A stretch of DNA of 64,000 nucleotides. Source: Octopus vulgaris (lineage: Eukaryota). Each line of letters starts with the position of its first letter. Position 1 is the stretch's first letter. The position numbers and the translations under genes are program-made. This document shows, piece after piece, positions 54,585 to 64,000 of the stretch. A model generated the notes under the pieces. The model was given only the letters and a program-made list of their open reading frames with translations, was not told where the DNA came from and did not search any database. Location of the stretch: the NCBI GenBank assembly GCA_951406725.2, contig OX597821.1, positions 19,840,001 to 19,904,000 of the forward strand, written 5' to 3'.

Positions 54585-55172
54585 TATATATATAAATAAA
54601 TATATATATATAGATATATATATATACAAATATGCATGTATATATCATGCATATATGTACTCATGTATTGACATATACAAAATTGTATATCGATTTATAT
54701 TCGTATGTCTCTACGTGTGACTGCGTATGTATTTAAATCATGGATATTTTATTTATATGTGCATAAATAAGATGAAGATCAAATATAGAAACGCAAGCAT
54801 ACATATGCATTCATACATGAACACAGACGCATATATAAATGCATAGAAAATTTAAGTATATATTCCATATACATACATGCATACACACAGAGAAATATAT
54901 AGGCAAAAATGTTAGTTCTAAAATCTCTCTAAGAGATCAACGTAGTAGTTGTATTCACAATTAATGTTCGTAGCCACTTCAATATGACCGTTGGAACGGA
55001 CTTTACTAAGATTTTTTAACCCTAACAGGATATTTCCTATAGCTGGTTAATGATGGACAGCTGCATCCTAGATATTGCAAGCGGGGAAACCAACCCCTAT
55101 CACATTCTAGTGACGGGACCTGCAGACGAGTCTTGTTTTGGGCTATTTCTGCCTGTCGTTAGTACTGGAAAC

Positions 55173-55210
<38 letters not shown>

Positions 55211-55213
<3 letters not shown>

Positions 55214-55392
55214 TGGCCAGATTGGAGCAGTCTCGAGTACAACCAGCCGAAACTGCAAAGATGATGTGGAACACAAATGAAGAAAGCAAACTCCAAGAGA
55301 CCCGTCCTTGTTTTTTCTTGTCCGTTTTTGTATAATCTGTCTGGATGTTTTGTTGTCGCCTGTTGTGTTCTTGTCCCATTTTTGTATTCTTA
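55211..55392 (+). mobile_element. (TA)n-embedded PLE-like 3' terminus
   Basis: The tail GTCTGGATGTTTT..GTTCTTGTCCCATTTTTGTA also occurs inverted at 34545-34600 and 61900-61935. Confidence 0.65.
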
Positions 55393-55641
55393 TATATATA
55401 TATATAGGACAGGAAAAATTATAATAGGAGGAGAGGAAAAATTCAACACAACCCCACCATTTATTGATTTATAAATATATATGTATACATATATATATAT
55501 ATTCATACTTTCGTGTATGTGTATATATATACATATATATATGTATATGTATATAGATTCACATACGATAAAGACTTGCACACAATCACTAAAATACGAG
55601 TGTGCTTATATGCACGTGCACCTATGCATACATACTTACAT

Positions 55642-55703
<62 letters not shown>

Positions 55704-56821
55704 ATGCTTGATTCCATGAATAATTATATATGATAACAAACATGAACTTCAGAATTGCTCATTCATTTTTCTGCACGGTAGCATTAGTTATAGTTTCTTT
55801 TTTTTTTTTCAATGTTTTGATACTCACATCAACGTTTCGCTCATGTAATAAATTTATTTATATCGAGGTGTCGTGGTGGAAATTTATGTATTCTGCCAAA
55901 TAACCTTATGAGGTTATGCGACAACTAGTTCCTCCAAAATAAGGGTTTTATACTGCACCAACCCTTTTATTATTGGATATTATTGGCCATGTCTAACCAT
56001 TTGAAAATTACTATAAAAAAACTTCTATCATGCACTATCGCATTATTAATATTTTTCCAAAGAGAAAATATGCATGCAAGATTTCTCCCACACACTAAGA
56101 TTACTATATTGAACGCGCAGCAATGCTGACTGCAGACAAACTTGCTTTGACTATAGCAAAGCCAGGTTATCCCAAATAAAACATGCTTCTTTCACATAAG
56201 TCAAATTCGATATAGAGACATACTTCAGATATTAACCCTTTTGTTAGCATATTCCTGTTGAAATACCCAAAAACTGTTTCATTTAATTTTGATAATAATG
56301 AAGAACATAGATTAACATGGGGTTTTGCTGGAAGGTTTCAATTTAGACCACTTTTAAACAAGAAGCCTCTATCCTAGAATTAGGGCTGACCTCGAAGGGT
56401 TTAGTGTAGTGAGCCCTCAGCGTGGATCAGGATACTTAGCTATTTATTACAATCACTTGCTTTTCTCTGCAAAGTCACCCAAGGTCTGTAAGCACGCGTC
56501 AATTTGACAATCATTCATATCGTTCGGGGATAAAGTGATTGTGGAGTATTGGTACTCTGGATCGAAAAAGTCTTACAGGATTATGAGCAAAGTAGAGTCT
56601 TCCAACATCATATCTCACTCAATGTTCGTATTCCACACAGTTATAAGCTGTATAAGCCTACATCGTCAGTGCTCTAGGACAAAGATTGTAAAATGATTAA
56701 ATGTCAATGAAAACACGCAAGTTCTAAGTCTGAGAGGAACAAAAGAATGATTTTCACACAGAAACACACATTCACACATGTACACACACATACAAACACA
56801 TATTCCCGTATGTTAATGTAC

Positions 56822-56877
<56 letters not shown>

Positions 56878-57092
56878 ACATCACACACAAGCATATATTT
56901 ATATTGAATATACATTAATGTACATATATGTATGCATAATTCTATTTGTACAAAAATGTGTGAGAATTTAGATTTATTGAATGAGTTTGCCGTTAAGTGG
57001 TTGAAGTATACTATAGCAGACCAGGGCAAAGGAAATGGAAAACAGAACAATGCCAATTGTTGTTGTCGCTATTATTATCATCATTATCATTA

Positions 57093-57139
<47 letters not shown>

Positions 57140-57147
57140 GTTATTAC

Positions 57148-57178
<31 letters not shown>

Positions 57179-57295
57179 TATTTATATATTTGTTATAAAT
57201 ACTAACGATTTAATCATAACAATCATATTAATATTACTACTAATGCTAATAATATCAAAACTATTGCAAATACTATATCTAGTAGTATTAGTTAC

Positions 57296-57395
<100 letters not shown>

Positions 57396-57752
57396 ATAGT
57401 AGTAGTGGAAATAGTGGACGTAGTAGCGTTATTATTAATAGTGATGGTTGTATGTTTTCATATAGTACTTTATTAATCATCTGTGTTTTTATTCAAAATT
57501 TTCAATATGACGTGAATAAATGAAGACAGGGCAGATAATCAATAATCATCAAACATTGTGAAATATTGATGTTCCTACATTCATATATATATATACACAT
57601 CTACTAACAATAAAGTATAACAACAAACTGTCATACACATACATATACTCACATATGTACACTTATATATGTAAATATATATATATATATATATACAATT
57701 GCAGCGTGGAAGGTGTTTATAAGCCATTTAAGAAACACACAAAAGCCGTTAA

Positions 57753-58123
57753 ATGAAGGCTCATCGGAATACAAGACATACACAGGGGCTTCAGAAAATT
57801 CATTTAAAACAAGATTTTATTCTCATAAAAATTCATTTAAATACCCAGAGAATAGGAAGAAAACCAGCCTAGCAAAATATGTCTGGGAACTAAAAGAAAA
57901 GGAAACCCCACCTTTCAACGTGACATGGAGCATTCTGGACAGGGCGGCACCATACAGGCATGGAGCATACAAAAATAATTTCAAGTGCAAGCTTTGTCTA
58001 TTAGAAAAAATGTACATCTTATTCAAAGACAATAATTATTTGAATCAAAGAAGTGAGCTAATGAACTTATGTAGGCACACGGCTAAATTTAAAATGTCGA
58101 ATATAAATATACCATATGGATAG
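57753..58123 (+). pseudogene. GIY-YIG endonuclease C-terminal fragment (Naiad-like PLE)
   Basis: YTGASENSFKTRFYSHKNSF..TSLAKYVWELK..WSIL..A.PY..CKLCLLEK..LNQRSELMNLCRH, uninterrupted. Confidence 0.85.
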
Positions 58124-59188
58124 AGTATATATTTTGTATTTTTGATTTTGATTTTGACTCTTGAACGATGAGCGCTACGATGGATTTTGTTTCCAAACTA
58201 TGCGGATCTTAATCCGTATAGCAAAGTCTTATGTTTCTACATATATATTAGGAAAAACCTCCAACTTTGTTTTCATGTTATTGTATTGTATAGGATTACC
58301 TTGATTATTTATATTACCTTGATTATTTATAAATGACCCATAATAGGATGTTATATTTTATTTTATGTCTTTCGTATATATTTTTATTAATGCACCCATT
58401 TTTAAAAAGCAATGTTTTTTTTTAAAAAAAAGCAATGTTGTCAAAATTAGAATGTTGATATAAGTATGTGTATAGCAAAGCATATGTATTTGTAAGCATG
58501 CGTATCTGTGTATGTGTAAGTGAAAGTATGTTTGTGCTTAAGCACACATATACACGACTGTATGTATATGTATCTTGTGTATGTATACTTGTCTCCATAT
58601 ATGCCAATAATGCCGTTACACTGCTTGTATACATAATTTTTTCTTATTTCGTTTTTTCCCCCACCCCTCCTTCGTTTCTTTTTTCTCTCTCTCCCTTTCT
58701 TTCGTCCACCCCCCTTACTCAGTATATGAGAATCGCTACATACATGATTTTTAGCTTGCGTGCGAGAAGGTTTGCGTGAATATATGTACACATGCATTTA
58801 TGTGTATATTTAGATTTATATTCATACGTCTGTATATGTATGGCGTTTACGCGCATCCTTTTGTGTATGTTGACATATATATGTAGATTTTAATATAAAT
58901 ATGTATTGCAGTGTAATATTTATAACAGGTTTAATTTCTATGCATTAATTTGCACTTTCTTCATTAACATCAATATGTATTTTATTCAATGTAAGATTTT
59001 TTCATCGAATTTTATAATTTTTATAAGTTTTTATATATATATACATATATTTTTGACCTTTTTGTTTATCGCTCGAAGATTGACCGTTTTTTCTAAAGGG
59101 CCAATCAAACAAGTCCATTTCTTTTTAAAGGTGTAGCGTTTGTAAGAGTCTAGATTGAATTGATATATCGGTTCCATTCTAGCAAAAA

Positions 59189-59226
59189 CTGTCTGATGAA
59201 CGGCAACGAGAAACTCAGAGTAACAG
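59189..59226 (+). ncRNA. Minimal type I hammerhead ribozyme
   Basis: CTGT-CTGATGA-ACG GCAA CGA-GAAA-CTCAGAG-TA-ACAG: canonical core, GNRA-capped short helix II, near-palindromic helix III. Confidence 0.85.
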
Positions 59227-59328
59227 ATTTTGTTGAATTTTCTGCTGCTTAAAATAAAGCATATTACTCTACCACTGGTATTTGGGTACTCTTTTTTCCA
59301 CCTTGTTTCACATTTATGTGTTTACTCC

Positions 59329-59375
<47 letters not shown>

Positions 59376-59446
59376 GTGTATATATGTTTATATATATATA
59401 TATATATATATATTTGTGTGTATATATGTTTAAATATATATATATA

Positions 59447-59484
<38 letters not shown>

Positions 59485-59860
59485 CACATAAAGATAAACC
59501 GACATATATATGCGGAATAAATTAAAACTCGAAAAGATCACACATTCAAATATAAAAAGGTGAATATAGATATTTTCATGTTTGTATGTATATGTACATA
59601 TATGTGTATATGTATAAACATAAATATATATAATTATGTATATACATACATACACACACACATATATATATATATATATACACACATGTACATGTAGATA
59701 TATACATATATAGTTCTGTAATCTATGAATATTCATAAGTAACTTAACACAGTTAATAACTACATATACACCAACAGATATGTATACATATTTGTGAATA
59801 TACGCATCAATTCATAAATATACATATATATATATACACATACGTACATGCAGATATATA

Positions 59861-60000
<140 letters not shown>

Positions 60001-61802
60001 GTAGTAAGCACACACTTTGGTCTCAGCTTTTTATTACATATATTTCATTGATAGGTTCTTGAATTCTGCCTCGCCCTTTATTTGGTCAGTATTAACAGTT
60101 TTCCTCGGAAATGAAAGGTAAACAACTTCAATTTAATTAACAGATGTTACATTTACTTATATCTTTGTGTTTAATTTACTATTGTGAGTGATAATCCTAG
60201 AACAGTAAATGTAGCTTTTCATGGATTGAAATATTATGGAATATGCTTAGATTTAATGAACACAAGGAAAATGGATAATGTAATTATTGCATGTTATGGC
60301 AGGCATGGTATATTTTATTGTATATTATATTTTTCCCGACTAGAATTTAGAAAGACCAAGAACATGTTAACATTTTTCACTTGCGTCTGGTAAGTCCAAA
60401 CATCCCGTATCTGTATTAGTGAGTGTTCTTAATTTTATCGGTGTATGCGTATACACTTTTCGTGTACAAATACTATCATTTGCGTTTCTATTCGTTATTA
60501 TTTCTACGCCAGCGCGCTGGCAGAATCACTAGTATGCCGGGTTAAAAGCTTAGCGACATTCCGTCCATTTTCCTGAAAATAGCCTATTCCATCCAGTAAA
60601 GGAGACATTAACACTTTATTATATTTTAACACACCCTCAAAACAGTCTGCCACTTTTAGTGATCGAACGCTGATTTAGAACCTCTAAGCAATATTGTACA
60701 TATACTCAATTTCCCTTACGCAAAGTGCATGACCTCAAGTACCTGGTCCAAAAGAGTTCTGCTATATCTCAATAACGATATTTGTTCTGATAGAAGTATA
60801 AAGTGAGAAGAGAAAAATATCCATCTACCGCTTGTAGATGTTCGAGTATAACCCACAAGATAGAATGAGGTAATAAAGAGGTGCAAGAAAGGTTGGAAAC
60901 TATACCCTGCGCAAATTTGGAATAGATTTGAAAGATCTAAGAAGAAAATTGGCATAACAGAGACCTGCCATGACAGTTTGACGTGAGCGTCATGGTTGTT
61001 GATACTACTCCTAGACTTGAATCAGCTTATATTTGTAGACAACACGCAAGCTTAACTGACTGGAAAATTTATAAGGCAGATTCATTACATGACCAATTAG
61101 TGCAGCGTATTCTTTCAGAAGAATACCCTGTACCGATAACAACTACATGATCTGCTAAACAAATTCTCATGTAATATATAAACTAAGATGCACAGTCGGA
61201 CAGTTCACATTTGGAAAAATACTCAATATATACAATGTAGTGTGGACGAATCCTGGCATAAATTTAAAAGAAAAAAAGCACCTATATCGTTAAGGTATCA
61301 TCATATCGAAGAAAAATATGCCGGTTCGGTAGATTCCCTTGAATTTAAAATTTCGCTACACAGACGAGACCTGCATTAAGGCCAATAAAAATAGCAGCAT
61401 GTGTATCAATGAAATTCAATTCACTCAGGTTCTTCGCGGAAAATTTGAATGGAATGAGAATTAGCCCACCACCGACACCCGACTACACAACATTCACAAC
61501 CATCACCGAATAAATGATTGGAAACTAACAAACTTCGTATAAATTTAAAATAAGAGAACAGTCTAAAGAGAACACAAATGTAATAGCAACCAAGCTCATA
61601 CACACGCGAGCATACATTCTACACACACATACACAAATACATATATATACATATAGGTGTGTATCTAGAAACATGGTATAGATAGATAGATGGATAAATA
61701 GATTGACAGACAGATAGATAGATAGATATATGTATATAAATATGTATTTAAGTATATATTAGTACGTGTGTATATTTTACGTACATATACTTATGTATAT
61801 AC

Positions 61803-61894
<92 letters not shown>

Positions 61895-62450
61895 GCAAAA
61901 TACAAACTGGGACAAGAACGTAAAACATTTAGAAGACAATACAAAAAAAAAAACAGACGGGACATTCGAAGCCTTCAATCTTCAGTCAAGAACCGGATCA
62001 TCCTCGCAATTTCGGCTGATTAATCTTGAGATCGCTCCCAAGGAAAAACTAAGCTACGAGCATTAGATTTCTTGGAAAAGGATCGAATGTATACGAAACA
62101 AGGACAGAGAAACGGACGATGCCATACGAATATAAATACAAAAAATCAATAATAGTAATAACAGGATAAAAACAGCGGGTGTCTTACGACTTTAGACAGT
62201 TCATCGAATCTTAGCTGGCGTATTTGGAAAAAATGCTTTGGCGGCAGACGAAGAGAACAATGTTGTCGTGGCGGTGGTCAGAAGCCGAAAGGCTAGTTGA
62301 CCGGCGGTCACGTGAGAGGAGAAGGGAGAGAAAAAGAAAGGGGGCAAAGGAATCAAAGAGAGAGAGAAAAAGAGGGACAAAGGCACCAAGGGGGGGGGAG
62401 AAGAGAGAGAAAGAAGGAATTAAAGAGGGGAGAAGAAAGAGAACGTGTCA
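61895..62450 (-). mobile_element. PLE-like 3' UTR/terminus adjoining (TA)n
   Basis: Reverse complement related to 55211-55392. The purine-rich block mirrors the pyrimidine-rich Neptune-type UTR. Confidence 0.55.
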
Positions 62451-62620
62451 GTGTGTGTATGTATGTATGTATGTGTATTTTTCAATGTGTATAAATTACA
62501 CGGAAAAAATAAGTCAATAGTTACCAGGGTAGCAAAAATTCGCTTAAGTGCCAAGGATTATATAGCCTACTTATAAAGGTAGAAGTTCCAAGGTTTAGAG
62601 AAATGTCTTTGAATGACGTT

Positions 62621-62861
62621 GATAAATTAAGAAATGGAGTTAAACGTAGGTGTTATTCTAATCTTTATACTTCCGACATATGTTTCGAAGAAAACATTGG
62701 TATTAATCCCGAGGGAATAAAATGATGTAAAACAATCTATTTATCTGGTCGGGTTAAAAACAGAAACAAAACACATCGTTTTATTCTCTTGAGAATAATA
62801 TCAATGTCGGAAGTATAAGGATTTGAATAAATCCTGCGTTAACTACATTTCTTAATTTATC
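62621..62861. mobile_element. Imperfect fold-back element with HHR-like junction
   Basis: 62621-62679 pairs with 62804-62861, and 62696-62728 with 62773-62805. The minus strand has TTCC-CTCGGGA-..-GAAA-CATATG-TC-GGAA. Confidence 0.6.
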
Positions 62862-62995
62862 GATATCGATATATATATTTAAACACACACATACACACAC
62901 ACACACACACACATACACTCACACACACACACACACACGCACACACACACATATGTATAATCAAAATAACCAACAAGGATATCCAAGGTAGAGTA

Positions 62996-63078
62996 GTGCA
63001 ATCGTTTCATGCTACTTCATTTTATTAAACACTGTAAGTATTAGATCAGTTTTAAAAAGTCGAGCAATCTTCAGCCAC
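62996..63078 (-). ncRNA. Decayed type I hammerhead ribozyme
   Basis: Minus strand GTGG-CTGAAGA-TTGCT..AGCAT-GAAA-CGATTG-CAC, with an imperfect cleavage-site region. The adjacent terminus is shared with 48186-48237. Confidence 0.5.
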
Positions 63079-63219
63079 ATATAGAATTTTCCAATTAAAC
63101 GGACAATGCACATTTTTATACTTATTTCATTTGCCAACATTACAAAGAGGTAGATATATTAACAGAGAGTTTAATTTCATCATTAAGAACATGGTGGTAG
63201 TATGTCCTTCTCCATCTGT

Positions 63220-63525
63220 AGACCCCGAAAGGATGAAAGGCAAAGTCGACCTCGGCGGAATTTGAACTCAGAACGTAGCGGCAGACGAAATACCTATTTC
63301 TTTACTACCTACAAGGGCCTAAACACAGAGACGACAATCAAGGACAGACAAACGGATTAAGTCGATTATATCGACCCCACTGTGTAACTGGTACTTATTT
63401 AATCGACCCCAAAAGGATGAAAGGCAAAGTCGACCTTGGGGGAATTTGAACTCAGAACGTAACGGCAGACGAAATACGGGTAAGCTTTTCGCCCGGCGTG
63501 CTAACGATTCTGCCAGCTTGCCGTC
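63220..63525 (-). mobile_element. tRNA-derived SINE with internal duplication (Meta/MESC-like domain)
   Basis: Minus-strand head GGCAAGCTGGCAGAATCGTTAGC..GAGTTCAAATTCC followed by GTCGACTTTGCCTTTCATCC, present twice. Confidence 0.85.
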
Positions 63526-63740
63526 CTATACACATGCATTTATTAAAGGAGAGATGTCTTACATCTATCTCTGAGAGTTATAACATCGTTAATAAAAGAA
63601 TATAGACTTGTGAAAAGAATATAAACACATATTATATCGACACACCGATTTATAGACCAATAGATCTTCGCTCGAATATTGCACTATATTATTCTTGTGT
63701 GTCATTTATTTATACTTATACATTCATTTATTTATGTATG

Positions 63741-63787
<47 letters not shown>

Positions 63788-64000
63788 TTATTTGTATATC
63801 TATTTATATTATGTATTGCTTATTACTATAACTGAATAGCGACATGTTGAAGTTAGCTTCCTATTATGCTGGCTTGTCTTCGAAACTATAAAGTTCCATG
63901 TGAATATATCTATATTCATTTGTAACTTTGCTATGTATCTGTCTGTGTATGCGTGCACGTGCTTTCCTCTGCGTATGTATGTGTGTGTGTTTGTGTGTGA

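Larger units (their letters stand above)
57753..59331 (+). mobile_element. 5'-truncated Penelope-like element (Naiad-type) with long 3' UTR and HHR
   Basis: GIY-YIG C-terminal ORF, about 1.2 kb of UTR, an HHR at 59189, then AATAAA and (TA)n. Confidence 0.8.

Noticed and set aside
57696-57752. N-terminal part of ORF 57713-58123
   Set aside because: It matches an unrelated repeat also present inverted at about 12575-12635, so it is a chance in-frame fusion and not part of the GIY-YIG protein.
60700-61380. Less repetitive stretch that might be a host exon
   Set aside because: Stops in all frames and no recognisable motif or splice-supported ORF. Likewise 6350-6920, 7300-8150 and 23560-24350 are probably very old TE debris.

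Overview
AT-rich, microsatellite-saturated eukaryotic DNA with no recognisable host exon. The SINE families and the (TA)n/(AAT)n/(TATC)n landscape suggest an Octopus-type cephalopod genome (inference). Almost all supplied ORFs are microsatellite artefacts. The real content is mobile DNA. It includes a near-intact Neptune-type Penelope-like element (RT + GIY-YIG, 479-3906), a Naiad-type GIY-YIG 3' fragment, R4/Dong-type and RTE LINE remnants, Tc1/mariner relics, non-autonomous Helitrons and several tRNA-derived SINEs. The most striking signal is a set of about ten type I hammerhead ribozyme (HHR) motifs, from canonical to core-variant. They lie in unrelated short non-coding elements inserted in (TA)n tracts: a 432-nt circularly permuted unit with terminal redundancy (46351-46934), a 497-nt unit in tandem plus inverted arrangement (46981-48060) and a 388-nt rod-like hairpin with an HHR at its apex (33512-33899). 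Together they look like a diversified retrozyme/Penelope-parasite system. All structures were read by eye; no folding or database search was run.
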